The notes under the pieces were generated by a model. The model saw only the letters and a list, made by a program, of their open reading frames with translations, ran no database searches and was not told where the DNA came from. A DNA stretch of 64,000 nt from NCBI GenBank assembly GCA_963693365.1, contig CAVNZM010000005.1:372001-436000 (forward strand), read 5' to 3'. The translations under genes were made by a program, and so were the position numbers. Shown here one piece after another: positions 33,017 through 51,160 of this stretch. The stretch's first letter is position 1; every line of letters begins with the position of its first letter. Source of the stretch: Amoebidium appalachense (lineage: Eukaryota; Protista; Ichthyosporea).

Positions 33017-34191
33017 TTTGAAAGTAGTGATGCTAATATATAACAAGGTACGAATATAAACGTATGAGGGTGGGAGAAAGGTGGGGAGCCTCGCACTACC
33101 ACACGCCTACAACTGTTCGTGTTTGACCGTGTGTATCGGTTTGGCTGTGGACCCTTTTATCTGGATCGGCATTCGGCACTGAGTCCTGAGTGGAAACTGG
33201 TGGAATGTGCTTTTTCGAGGCTCAACAAGAAGCGGCAACATTTTTTGCATGTGAGAGGAATCAAAGTTATAAAAGAGCAGACATCTTCCACTTGTTTTCT
33301 GATTTTAATGTTTTAAGACGTTTTACTTCGAAGGAAAAGAGAGCAAATCATGCAATCAAGTGCATGTGTTAATGATTCGATTTTACGGGGTTGACCAATA
33401 GATCTTTGAGCGCTGCCTGATGGCAAGATGATCCTTATGTTGATTGGCCCACAAGGCACCACTTACCTTATATGGTTACGCGTTCGAGCCAAAAATAGCC
33501 GTAAATCCGGTGATGTCACGGTGATGCCGCGCCGGTGATGCACTCGTTTTTTTTTCTCGAAGGTTTCGAATGAATGTTCTTGTATTTCGACACCTGGTCA
33601 CAAAGGTGTGCTGACTAAAGGAGGATGATAATTGTGTGCTTTTGTAGTTGTGAGCAACTCCTGGCATATGATGGTGGAACTTTTTGTGTGCTTCAGCGGC
33701 GTCGAGAAACGTGGATTGCGAAAGAAGAATGGAGGACTAATGAGCAATCGTGCAAATTTCGTTTTCGGGCTCTCAATGCCACAGCAAGCTCTTGTAGAAA
33801 TCAATGTCGTCGCACACGGTTTGTGTGTGAGTCGGCGGCACCTGGGGTAGAAAGAGAACCTCAGTGTGTACATGTGCCGAGGGTGGAGGGGGTCTTCTCG
33901 TGTCTGAAAGTGCGACCGCTTTATTTAGCGGGCGGGCGTACCCCGGCGCGCGAACGTTCCTCCCTTATAATATTATGCATGCCTACGTTTTCAAAGTCTA
34001 TCTTAACCCTCCCCCTCTCTCCCTTGCCTCCCTATCCCACCCGTGCACGCACAACATACACACACACACAAGAACTACAAGGAACGTATGTCCCGACCCC
34101 CACCCACCCTCTCCCTTACAGACCCACTGTGGGTGGCACACCAAGGTACCTGTCCGTACGCAGAGCTGTCTTGAAAGATCATTCCCTCCGT

Positions 34192-34240
<49 letters not shown>

Positions 34241-35703
34241 CCCCCAACACACACACACACATGTTCGCACCACAACCGCCACCGGCACCACCACCACCAG
34301 TAAGACAGTACCGTACTGTTATCAAAGCACACAGACTTCTTGTGTTGCTACATGCATACCCGTACGCGTTCATGACCAGCCACTCAGTGGGAATAGCGAT
34401 CTTCATATGATACCAAGTGAGAGTGAAGGGAAGGAGGGGAGGAAGAGGGGGGGGGGGGGGGGGGAGGGGGGGGGGGGGGAGGAAGGGAAGGGAACAACGA
34501 AGAACTGAGCAGCCGTGGCCGCCGTCTCAGCTCTAGACTGCCTCCGGGCTCCGAAACGTCGGGCAGCAGTTTGGCAGCAGTCTGTCAGTCTGTCGCAAAA
34601 ACTGGCTGGCGGCGAACTCAGAGTCGGTGGGTAGAGTCTGGGGGGACTCACAATATCATGACCCATGATAAGCCCATGAACCAATAGGAGTGCGTGAACG
34701 TGGTATTTTTATGCGCACTTACTAAATATGGCTATAACCTGGTGTCGATGTCGTCCGCCGGTACACATACTATGAGTCGACTTGCCATGCCTTCGGAAAG
34801 TTGCAGGCCTGCAAGTCTTCTTTGGACAAATGGACACACAATTGGATGGAGCTCATAAGAATAGACTTTTTTTTTTTACAGTGCCACAGTAAAAATGTGC
34901 GGAAGCTGTGCATCTCAAGGAGCCTCCGGAGGCCGCAGGACTATGTACTCGGGCCGCCAGGCCCGGGCCAGGGTAACGGACTCTGATTGGATACTATGCA
35001 GCAGGGTGATACATCCTCCTAGGTCGCCCAGATGACAAACCTGACAAATGCAAATTTTTTTATATTGAATCTGGTGACTTTCTAACCTCCAGTATTAGTT
35101 GCACAATAATATCTGTAATACGTCAGTTAAAAAAACATCCGTAAACCTTTTCTGTTAAGTATTATATTATTGGTGTCCTGCATTGAGTGGCTCCTTGGCA
35201 TACATGTCATTGACTCATTAGTCTCATTAGAATGATGAATGATTACATGATTTATATGAGTGACTGACTAAATTTGCAGTGGGGTTCAATATGGCAGTTG
35301 ATGCCTGCCAGCCGGCAAACAACATATTTCCCGCCCACACAGATGATGAGCATCGCCCATTGAATGTCGTCACCTCAGTGAAAGACACATATTCACTGTG
35401 TACAAATAGCTGTTATAATAGGCACCACCAATACTTGTGTAGAGTACTAGAGAGGGCTGTATGTGCACGTGAAAGAATTTCAGGCGACCTGTCATATGAC
35501 ATACGTGCGGGGGAAAGTGCGCGAGCTCACAGGAGCGCAGGAACACAGCTGTCTGGTTGGAAGTGTAGCACAAGTGCCAGGTTGAAGGCACCCACTCAAC
35601 ACATAGAGAGGGTCTACATAAGAGAGATCTGAAGACGCACACGCCTTCCATATCAGCTTTATTTTGCCCCTTTAGTAATATTTTAGGTTACTTGCTACCG
35701 GAA

Positions 35704-36952
35704 ATGGCTTCTCGGTTAGGCCTAGCATTCCTTGTCTCGCAGGCTGGAGTACACGTGTATGCTGCACCTGTCCATACAGTGGCATCAGTTTTTTGGGACG
35801 ATGCCAGCCAGAGCTTTACACTGAAGCAGGTATTGTGTGCGTGTACTTATGCGTTTACGTGTACATGTACATGTGAGCGTGTGTGTGTGCGCGTGCGTGT
35901 GCGTGTGTGCGTGCGTGCACGTGTGTGAGCGCACACCTGTGCAAGCTTTAGTACTCTGTCTGAATGCGTGCTCGCCGGCAAGCACAGTGTACTGCGCATA
36001 GTGTGAACCACAGCTGTACACAGCTGTATAAAACTTGGTGAGTGTGTGTACGTTTTTCCAAACACCTGCGCCTACCCCCCCCCCCCCCCCCCCCTTCCCC
36101 CACAGACCACTGTGTGGAGACCGCTTTACTTCCATGCAACCGGGCATGGTTGCTCTGTGTCGTGCATCTGTAAGCACATACACATTTTTCGCTGCACTGC
36201 ATTAGTTTGCACACACATCTTCACCGTTTTGCTCACCTTGCTTGCATAAGCAACCCTGCTCGTCTTTGATCAAGACGGGTTGACCCGCCCAAGCTCAGTT
36301 GATGCTGCTGTCTGAGTTGGAGTGTCGTATATACGCGGGCTAAGGGGTCGAAACTCAGACGCAATTGATGACTTGGGTCCTCCCTGAGGATGGGCTCTGC
36401 TTATGACGCATACTGTGCACATGGCTGATGTTACATACTTGAATGTTTGCCTTTGCATGTGTCCTGCACCATGCTTCTCGTCGTGTATGCGTACTTTGTA
36501 CCGTGTTCCGCATTCAAAACCCCCCCCCCTTCCCCCCCCCCCCCTCCCTCCCCCATGAGCGCACCACAGCACATATACCCACTAGAGTGTCTGGATTTTC
36601 GCTTTGGTTAGATTTCAACGCTTGGAGGGAGTGATCTTGCATGAAACGTAACGTTCAGAAAATATTGCATGTTAAGTATTATTTGCCCTATGCATATGTG
36701 GGTGGACTTAGTGGAATTTTTGTAGTGCCTGTGCGGTTTGTGTGTGCGGATTTTTGGTATGCCTAGAAAAGGGTCAGTCAGCAGGGTGTTCGCACGGGTG
36801 CTTGTGTGTTCTTCGGTACGTGTTCACGGGTGTGCAAACGTGAGCGCAGCACGTGCTCTGTTCATGTTGGTTATGTCGGCCGACCTAACACACATGTATA
36901 GCGTTGATCCCCCCTTCCTACACACACACACACACAGCACGCGCGCGTGCAC

Positions 36953-37033
<81 letters not shown>

Positions 37034-38271
37034 CCCCCTCCTTCTCCCTTCCCCTCCCCCCCCCCCCCCCTCTCTTCCCCTCCCCCCCCCTCCCCCTCCC
37101 CCGCACGCGCACATGCGCCAGCAATTTGCAGAAAACATCTGCACGCCAGCACATGAATACACACCAACATAAACACCTTAATCGTTATTATTACAAGTGC
37201 CTAATATGTCTAACTCTCCAGGGCGTTCTTGATCCCTTGGCCAGTCTGGCCCACGGCTACTATGACGACAGTGTGCATGAAAATGGCTGGGGAAGGTTGA
37301 CCCTGCGCGGGGCCGAAAACCTCGCCAACACACTCGAGGGGCACGGCCGGGTGTATTACGCCCTGGGTTTGCTCGAGGGGTATCTCACGTGCAACGAAAT
37401 AGCAACCTTTTATAGCAATTACTACCCCAACACTTTTCCCACACCTCCCAGCGAGAAGCTCAAGAATTTCATTGTTAAAAGCAACCAGTGGGCACGTGAG
37501 CAGGCGGAAACACGTGCAGTCAATGACACGTATTGGAGGCACATGCGCGGGACGCAGAAGCAGCTAGATGGGCTGGTGGATGGCTACAACATGCGGTGTG
37601 GGGAGAAGGAGGGCAATCTGACGGATTTTGCCTTCTTGGTGCTCAACATGAACGGCGATTTGTTCGACCTGACAACTGCATTTGAGGTGTGTGGTTCGTG
37701 TGTGTTTTTCTATGGGTGGGTGGGTGTGGTGGTTGTAGTGGACGACAATACATGTTGATGGACAGGTATATCCCCCTCTCTTGGTTGTGAATTTTCTCCT
37801 TACCACCGGAAGTGCCATTCACGACATTAACTAAATAAATGATATGCATGTTGCTGTTGATTTCTCGCCTCACCTATTCCTATCTATAACTTTTTCATCC
37901 GCAATTAGCAATTTCTAGCGCCTTGTTTTCCAGGGTTGCCTCCTACTGACATTATCACGTCTTTTCTTTGCGTTTCTTTCTTTCTTTCTTTTTTTGCAGG
38001 GGGCCAACAGCTTCTGGCCTGGAGCCACCCCCAAGAAACCCGGGCGGCAGGGGCCCATATTTGATGACGACGAAGATGAATTCATCCCCACACACTGCTC
38101 GGCCCTGATCAAGGTCACAGAGGGATACGACGAGGTGTTCATGGGCCATGCCACGTGGGACACCTATAGCAACGCATTCCCGCGCATATACAAGCACGTG
38201 GTCCAGCCCGTGGCGGGTGTGGAGGAGGGCGAGCTACCACCCTACCAGGTCGGTCGGTGTGTCTGTGTGTG

Positions 38272-38311
<40 letters not shown>

Positions 38312-39606
38312 AGGTACATATGTGTGCTAGTGTGATGTTAGGGGCAGGTAGGGTGCATGTCTGGGTGTGTACATGTGTGAAGGGGTAGGCAGTTAAATGG
38401 GCCTGAGCAGTGCTGGGCAGAAGCTCGCATGGACAATGAGGAAAGAGAGCATGGGCAGTGTCTGACACACCACCCACCCGCAGGTGACGGTGCAGCGTGT
38501 GTCGTACAGCAGCATGCCGGGCTACCTGTCCTCTGTGGATGACTTCTACATTGTGAGGGGGCGCTCCAACCTGACGGTCACAGAGACCTCCCTGTCTGTC
38601 AACAACCCCGACCTGTACCAGCGCCTGACCCCCGAGTCCATCCCCTCGTGGGCACGTGTGCTGACGGCAAATGCTCTAGCAAGTTCCGGGGCGCACTGGA
38701 CGTCACTGTTTGCACGCTACAACAGCGGCACATACAACAACCAGTGGATGGTGCTGGACTACAACATGTGGATTAAGGTAGGAAAATGGCCCAGAAAATG
38801 AACCCCCTGCCCGTGCTTAATTTGCAGCCCCCCCCCCCCCCCCCCCCCCCCCCGGATAGGAATTGCTCTGCATATATGGATGCTCTTTGTGTATCTTGCA
38901 CTCTGCATTATATGTTGTCCGTTGTAAATGTGCACTTCGCACTATAACGCATTCTAACCCCCCCTCCCCTCCCCCCCCCCCCCTCCCCCCCCCCCCCCCC
39001 CCTCCCTCTCCGGTTGCACACACCTGTCTCCCGAAGAGAACAGATGTGTGGATAATTGAATTTTGTTTTTGTGTCATTCAGGAACCCCTTACAGTATTCT
39101 TGGTTTGTGAAAGGGTCTGGATACGTTTGTGGGTTTGTTTGCACGCTGTTTCATGTTCATACTCGATATGTTGGGTTTCACATGCCAATGCTTCACATCT
39201 GCAGTGATGCCGAGGGGCACACGAGAGGCTTATATCCAACACGGTGTGCCCCCTGTGTGCTCTCTCTTCCCTCGGTTTATTTTGTCATCTTATTTGTCAA
39301 TAACGGTTGACAGCGCACTAAATCACGTTGTGTGTGCAGGGTCAGAAACCGAAGCCAGGCTTCTTCCACGTTCTCGAGCAAATGCCCGGGGAGATCATAG
39401 CCGACGATCTCACCGATTACATCACCAAGACGGGCTACTTTGCGTCCTACAACATTCCCTTCTTTGAGCGCACCACAGTGGTCTCGGGCCAGGACTCGCG
39501 CCTCAACACCACCCGCCACCCTGAGCTCTACTCATATGACACTTGCCCACGTGCTTATCTTTTCAAGACTCTTCAGGTTCCAACCCCCCTCCCCAACCCC
39601 ACCCCA

Positions 39607-39692
<86 letters not shown>

Positions 39693-40501
39693 GTGCACAC
39701 AACCGCACACTCACACAAAAGGTAGCCGTGCACATGCTCAGGGTAGAGGTGGTTGTGCTTGACCGCAATACCGTTGCTCTTACACTCGCAACAAGAGTGC
39801 TTTGCTCCCTTCCCCTCCCCGTTCCAACACTTTTTTCTACTCTCAACCTTGTCTTGTTAGAACTTGTCTTGTCTTGACTACATGCTGAATACTTCCTCCT
39901 TCTGACCCCCTTGAAATTTCAGGGGGAGATAAAGCACCTTGTGGATATGCAGTGGGTGATGGGCTGGAATGACTGGAAGTTTATCTCCAACGAGAGGCCC
40001 GACGACATGGGCCCCCGTGACGAGCTGCGCAGCCCCCGGCATGCCATCTCATCGAGATACGACATATTTGATGACGAGGGCGCTAACGCTAACAAGGTAG
40101 AATCCCCCCAAAAAAAGACTGTCACACACGCGCGTGCGCGCACTCGCGCACATCCACCACCACCACCACCACCCGTCCCAAAAGTATCATTGATGCCAAT
40201 CGGACTAACAATAACAAACATGATCGATCAACAAAGAAAGCACCAAACTGAATACTCTCCCACACCCATCTAACACCTTTCGCTATTTCTTCTCTTGTCC
40301 CATTGCACGCTTCCGCCTCGTGGTGGCTAATTATCATTGGCAAGGGGGTGTGTGCTCACCAAATTGTGCACAAGGAGCCCGCACATCCATAGATATACAC
40401 TAGCCTGCACATCCATAGATATACACTAGCCTGCACATGCACAACCAGATACAAACCACCATCACACACCAACGTGTGGAAATAAGCCCCCTCCCTCCCC
40501 C

Positions 40502-40539
<38 letters not shown>

Positions 40540-40916
40540 ACAAAAAAAAAAAATAAATAAAAAAGAAAAAGAAAAACCCAACCCAACCCAATCCACACGC
40601 ACACACACACACACATGCACGCACGCACATGCACACACATACCCCCCCCCCCCCCCAAACACACACACAGACACACTGACCCCTTTGACTGCAGAAACCC
40701 ATGGCGTTTGGAGCCATCGATGCCAAGATCGTGTCCTACAGCAGCGCCATGCAGCCTCTGCCCCAGGCCTGGGCCCGTGCTGGGCCCACATACGACGAGC
40801 AGCCCATCTTCTGCTGGGAGGGCAGCAAGGCCAATGACACGGCACACAATGGCCACCCCCCGTGCTTTAACTTCAAGTGGCAGGTTATGCAGCCAAACCC
40901 AGACCTGTTCAATTAA
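35704..40916 (+). CDS. Phospholipase B-like protein (PLBD family, Ntn-hydrolase), 7 exons, ~588 aa. Exons: 35704-35829, 37222-37686, 38000-38248, 38484-38777, 39340-39576, 39923-40096, 40695-40916
   Basis: Signal-peptide-like N-terminus; ENGWGRL, GLLEGYLT, HCSALIK (autoprocessing Cys), SSMPGYLSSVDDFY, VTETS, YNSGTYNNQWM, EQMPG, SYNIPF, CPRA, GAIDAK, AGPT, HNGHP. All junctions GT-AG and in frame. Confidence 0.95.
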
Positions 40917-42086
40917 AGATGGTGGGGGTGAGTGGGTGCTTGGGGAGGGTTAATTTGGTAATGCACGGCTGGGCAGTGCAGGGGTTGGAATGTGGGTGTA
41001 TAGTTGAAATATCTAGACACCGTTTGAAAACGGTTCTAGTTGGTTCTAGTAGGTTCTATTTTAGTTGGTAGCATGAAGGGTAGGCATGAAGAGTGGTTCG
41101 TTTATGCATGGGCAATACTTGTGTGTTGATGTATGGATGGTAGTTGTTTTGGCATTTTTGGGAGGGTTTTAGCACCCGGAAGTGCAAACCGCAAGCACTT
41201 AAAGATTCGTGTGTAAACCACAGAGGCATCTAGATTACACCAGTGTATATTGCAGAAGCATGTCAGATTATGTAAGCAGTTGGGCATAGTGTGTATGAGG
41301 CATGTAGTTTTATCGTGCATGCATGCGAAGATACACCTCTAATCACGATATTTGGTCACAAGCTCACCTGTCACGGAAATATGGGTGTGTGGGTGACACA
41401 GTGTGGGTGGGTGTGCGTGGGCGAGCGTTTGGCTGTGTGGTGGTGTGCGCGCCAGTGTGGGGATGTGTGTGTGCATGTGTGTTTGTGGGGTAGGTTCCAT
41501 GTGCATGGGACGCACTGGGTGTGTCGGGAGCATGCACTGTGTGTTTGTGACATGTGATGTGTCTATGTACATGTTTTTGGGAGGCTGTGGATGTGGTTGT
41601 ATCGCTGGGGTTGACTGGGCGGCGGCGTGGGGGCCTCGGGCACCGGTACCAGTGGTGGTAGTGTACATGGGTTTTGGGGGAGGAACCCGCACTCAGGGCC
41701 TGCATGGAACATCTAGTGGCACAGGCGACTACGTCGGCCTATAGGGGCTAGACTGGCTAAGTTCATGTTGCGCACAGCTGCCGGCCATGCAATAGGTTTA
41801 ACACGTGCATGCCCACCTGGTCCCCAGGTGCCATAAAAACCAAACCATGGCCATTGCATTCACGATAACGTCCATACGTGCATGATATGTCTAGAGGCAT
41901 GTGCGCTCTCACAATTTCAGTGTACTTGCTGTGCCGGTATTTATCTATGTAACAGAAGGCACTATAGCAGCGAGGCAGATATGTACACACGAACTAATAA
42001 ATAGCCCATAATGACAAATTTGCACGAGCTAGCATGTGGCATGGCATGATGGCAACTGAGAGCCCCAGGCCGAGGGAATATGTGTA

Positions 42087-42159
<73 letters not shown>

Positions 42160-42702
42160 ATAACTTACTAAATAAAAGAAACGCATCTAGGTTTCCATTA
42201 TGGTCAGGATGTATCTCGCACACTTCTTTAACTTGAATTCGAAGCCCCTCGCTTGGGTATCTTCACGCATGTCGCTACCATGTCGTGTGTGCACAACATT
42301 TGGGAATCCCTGGTGATACCCAATTTGCCTACTCTTACGTTCATCGGAAAACAACAACTTCTTTCTCCAAAAAGAACTGCGACGTCTCATAGAATGCCGC
42401 TTACCAACCATGCAACGGAATGTCTCAGTTTAGTGCCATTCAGTGCAAATCAAAGAACAATTACCGCACGTCACTTACCATATATGGCTCATCACCATAC
42501 ACATTTTTCTGCATCTCAGCCTAATTACATACATCTAGGTTTACTCTTAATGAACAGTACAACATAACTCAACTTTTGCCACCGTCCCACATCATTCACA
42601 CATCACTACCCTCCCCCCCCCCCCCCCCCCCCCCCCCCCTTCTCCCTGCCCACCCTCCTTCCTCCCCCCCTCCCCTCCCCCCCTCCCCGCCCCCCCCCCC
42701 CC

Positions 42703-46262
<3,560 letters not shown>

Positions 46263-47268
46263 CCTCGAAGTTAAGGCTGTGGGGCGCAGAACGCCCACTG
46301 CTCGGGACAACAGCTGCAGCGTGAGGTTAGAGAACAGTAAGGGGCGGATAGTGACGGGCAGAGAAAAAAGAAGGAGAAGGGGAAGGAAGCAGAGAGCGCG
46401 GAGAAAAGAGAAATTGGTCGTATGTCGCAACAGGAGAAAGAAGTGTGGGTGTGGGAGGAATAATTGGGCTAATTCCAAAGCACTCGTACAACGTGTACTT
46501 ACACACATGACTGGGGAAAGAAGTGTTTGTGTCGTGGAAACAACAGTTACGAGAGGGAGAAAAAGGAAGGGGGAGGGAGCGGTGTGAGGGGCACACTATC
46601 TAAATCAAACCAAGCCCCGAGGGTACCGTCGAGAACACATCCCCAAGGCAACACAGGGACGTTTTCTTTGTCAAGGCATTTCGTGCTTCAGAAGCCTTTA
46701 TGTGACCCACAGCATAAGGTGACCTAGCAGCAAGGTGCAGCTCCTTTTGGCACTTATACTGTGCAAGTGCGCAGGGGTGTGTTTATGCAGGCAGGCAGTG
46801 GATGGAAAAGGTGCAGTGATCAACCTAGGGGTTGTAAGTGCAGTAGTGGCTCATAACTGTGCGCTCAGGGAAACAGAAACACAAGAATAGGCCACAGGAG
46901 GGAACATGACAAGCATACTCGCACGCACCTTTCTGTTCGGCTGGGCGCCGCAGCCTTGATACAATTCCCGTTTTTTTGTGGTGTGGGAAAAATACACAGA
47001 GCACCACGGCTTACTATGTTTCTTTTTTTTTTTTTAAGGTTGTCCAAAGTAACCAGCGTAAACCCCTTGTTCATATACCCTTAGGAAACTCCCACGTACG
47101 GCGTGCCTTACTGTGGATCGATTGGCTAGCTGGTGTGTGACTGCGCGTATTGCCGCCTTGACTCTACCGTTAGCAACATACACTACAAAGGGAGCCGTTC
47201 ACTTGTGCTAAAAAACGTTCAGAAGTTCAAGTCCCGGGAGAGCGAAGCTCTGGAGAGCGAGACTCTGG

Positions 47269-47319
47269 ATCCGGATCAAGCCCTCCTAATCTCCCAGATT
47301 TGGAGGCCTTGATCCGGAT
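47269..47319. repeat. 24-bp inverted repeat (22/24 match) with a 3-nt loop
   Basis: ATCCGGATCAAGCCCTCCTAATCT-ccc-AGATTTGGAGGCCTTGATCCGGAT. Confidence 0.85.
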
Positions 47320-48032
47320 GATGCATGCGAAAATGGAACGTGACGCTCTTGCATGATTCCAGCATGGTGCTTGCTCAACCAATCCACATCGGACCTCAAA
47401 CAATAGCTATATATGGTTACCAGTAAATATTCAGTCAACCCGCTCGAGCGGAACCAATCATATACGTTCTACTCACACTAAAAAGGGCTATATAGAATTT
47501 TGACCAGTGCACAGTTTGTCCAAATTGCGACAGGCACAGGTCGCAGACAGTGCGTTGACCCGATTGGACCGATATTTTTCCGCCGGAACATGTAAAAAAG
47601 AGCACTCCCACTTTTTTTGCCCGTCACACGCACACACCACTTGTCCTCTGTCCCAGGTAATACTTCATACAGAATACTCTGGGTCCACCCACGTAATACG
47701 TGTGCATACACCGACGTTTAAGACCATGTAGGTCCTCCTTGCTAGCAATCTGGTGGAGGAAATGAACTTACATTGAACAACCTTTTCTTGCCCCGAAGCT
47801 GACGATGTCTTTGTTCTCTGCCTCCATCTCTGCTCTGCTGCCCCCCCTCCCCCCCCCCTCCCCCCCCCCCCCCCCCCCCCCCCGCCCCTTCTCTTCAACC
47901 CGCCCGGGGGAGTGCGCTCAGCTATGCACACACCACTCGCCTGCCATACACTTCTCCCCGCGTTAAAGTATTCATGCACCCCCTGCCCCTAGGTAGAATC
48001 ATCCACTCACAGCCAACTGCCTCCCCAGCACC

Positions 48033-48719
48033 ATGTCTCTCGCCAGCTACGTCGCAGTCATCACTGGGGGGGCTCTGGCCTTGGCCGGGCCACTGCCGAG
48101 AAGCTGGTTGCTGCCGGGGCAAGGGTGGTGCTGCTGGACCTGCCCAAGAGCACAGGTGTGTGTGTGTGTGTGCGTGCGTGCCTGTGTGTGTGTGTGTGTG
48201 TGTGTGCGTGTGCGTGTGCGTGTGTGTGTGTAAGTGGGTGTTTGTGTATGTGTGTGCCACGGTGTGTGGTTTTTCTCGGGGGGAGGGAGGCTAAAGCAAC
48301 AGGGGGTCAGAGGGAAAAGGGGCTCCTTTTTTTGAACGGAAGATTCGCTGGATGGGACAGGTGAAAGTAATGGTGGAAAGGGGATACGGGGGCTGGTGAG
48401 ATGAGCATAGTGGGTCATCTTGTGTGGTGGTTCGTGGTTATGGTGTTAGGCTTGGTGTGTTTGCCTGTGTCTCTCTGTGTATATACAGAACGTAAGGTCT
48501 CCTCTGGCACATAGGGGTGCCGTTCTACTATTAACACCCACCAGTCATGAAATGGAATATATCCATGTAAAAGCCCCTCTCTATTGGCTAACTAAAATCG
48601 CATAGCCCCGGAGGTTGTTGCCCAGCTGGGTGAGGACAAGTGTGTCTTTGCCCCCGGTGACGTGCTCGATGCCGGAAAGGTACCATGCCCCTCCCCCCCC
48701 TCCCCCCCCCCCCAAAAAA

Positions 48720-48750
<31 letters not shown>

Positions 48751-49302
48751 CACCACCCTTCCGCTTCTCCCCTCCATCCCACTTCTCTCCTCCGCTTCTC
48801 TCCACCATCAGCATCATCTTACCCGTTCTCCCCCTCACTCCCTCACCCCCTTTGGCCCCCCCCTGAGGACGGGTTCTGCCTGACTCTGCACAGTGTTGTC
48901 CATCATGATGTGATGCCCGTTATGGCTGCGTACTTCGTACTCTGTGACAGTTTCCAAACCCCATGTAAAAAAATGACATGGCACCCCAGCGCCGCCACTG
49001 CACGCATATTGGATGCTGTCAGCATGGCATCATCACGGCCCACCCCCCTTCGTATTTGCTGTGGTGCGTGTGGGTTTCACCGTGTAATCCATTCTATATC
49101 CAGCACCACCTGCCTGATCACTTTTTCTCCGGCCGACCTTCATTTCCACACGCGCATACACACATACACCAACACACACACACACACACACACACTAAGA
49201 CACACAGCATACCTGCACACACACACACACTACAAATGCATGTACAAACACAAATGCATGCACATACATGCACGCACATTCGCTCGCACACATACACACA
49301 CG

Positions 49303-49358
<56 letters not shown>

Positions 49359-49742
49359 TCTGCAGCACTTGATCTTGCCAAGGAGCGCTTTGGCCGGGAG
49401 GTGAATGTTGCCGTCAACTGTGCGGGCATCGGGGTGGCCAAGAAGGTTCTTGGCAAGGAGAATGTGCCCCACTCACTGGTCCGTGCCTGCCCCCCCTCCC
49501 CCCACCCCCCCCCCCCCCCCCCCCTCCCCCCCACCCCCCCCCCCCCCCCTCCACCCCACCCCATCTTTACCCGAAAGGACCGTTTCTGGGCAATAGTGTT
49601 ACTCCATGTGGTCATCATTATATGTTTGACTGTTTGTGGTTCCCCTGGAGGAGGAGGGGATGAGGTTAGAGTTTGGGGAGGCTGCAGGTGAGCAATGGGG
49701 AGAGGGATGGGGGGAGGGAGTAAGAGTGGAGTTTTTTTTTTT

Positions 49743-49773
<31 letters not shown>

Positions 49774-49927
49774 GGGGGGATAAGGGGGGGCGGGGGCAGA
49801 GATGCAAGTGGACCGATTGCAGACCTACGTTCCACACCCTTCTACCCCATATCACGTGCAAAGGAGAATGCCCTCATGTAGGCACCGTGCCATGGTGGCA
49901 GGGATAAGCAAAATGGGCATTGGAACC

Positions 49928-49976
<49 letters not shown>

Positions 49977-50654
49977 AGGGGGGAGAGAAGGAGGGGTAGC
50001 AACGGCACCTGTACATTTGGTGTTCTTACCGCCCAACCCAGGCCCCTCCCCCTTCCCCTTTGCAGGGCACATGCACACGCACTCTGATCCCACTTGGGCC
50101 ACACTGGTGGGTCAGTAGATGGTTGCCTGCACGTGCATGCAGGGGCAGTGTGCTTGCCTACTATGGGTATTGCTACACCATGCATGGCCATGCACCCATC
50201 ATGTAGGGCCATATAAGCACCATATATGGTCACGCAGGCACGATATTGGCCATTTAGGCACTCGCCATATATGGCCATATATAGTCATGCGCTCACTATA
50301 TATAGCCATATATGGCCATGCAACCACCATATATTGCCATACGTCCACCATATATAGCCGTGCACCCACCATATATGGGCATGCACTAACCATATATGGC
50401 CGTGCACTGGCCATATATGGCCATGCACTGACCATATGTGGCCATGCACTGACCGTATGTGGCCATACACTGACGATATGTGGCCATGCACTGACCATGT
50501 GTGGGCATGTGCAGGAGGAGTTCTCGCGCACGCTGCAGATCAACACCGTGGGCACATTCAACGTGATCCGATTGGCTGCTGAGCGCATGGCCAAGGCCCC
50601 AATGGATGCGGCCATTGGTGAGAGGGGTGTCATCATCAACACGGCCAGGTGTGT

Positions 50655-50705
<51 letters not shown>

Positions 50706-51107
50706 TAGCATGGTGGGTAATGAATGCCATCTGTGTGCGTACGTTTTAGTACCCTGGGGCTCGATAGGTCTAAGATGGGTGCAGAACCGGCATATGGGTG
50801 TCTCTCTGTCTGCCTGTGTGTGTGTTTGTGTGTGTGTGGGGTAGTGGTGGTGGTGGTGGGGGGGGGGGGGGGAGGGGGGGGGGGGGAAGAGGGGGAGGAG
50901 AGGAGGAGCAAAATTGTGCTTGGGTAATGCCCAACCGGCACAAATGAACACAGGATGCAACCCCCCCCCCCCCTCTCCTCCTCCTCCCCCCTTCTCCCCT
51001 TCCCCCCGCCTACCCTAACCCCTCCCCCCTCCCCCTCCCCATTCCCCCCCCCCCCCCCACCCACCCACTAGCGCCACCACCACCACCAAACCGCACTGCA
51101 TGCGCAT

Positions 51108-51160
<53 letters not shown>

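Noticed and set aside
33625-35632. ORFs 33625-34410 and 35279-35632
   Set aside because: Non-ATG starts, no domain similarity recognised, and partly simple repeat.
48060-48080. HSD17B10 frameshift as pseudogenisation or programmed frameshifting
   Set aside because: One G is missing from a G run (7 instead of 8) in an otherwise intact conserved gene, most simply a homopolymer sequencing error. Reads would settle it.
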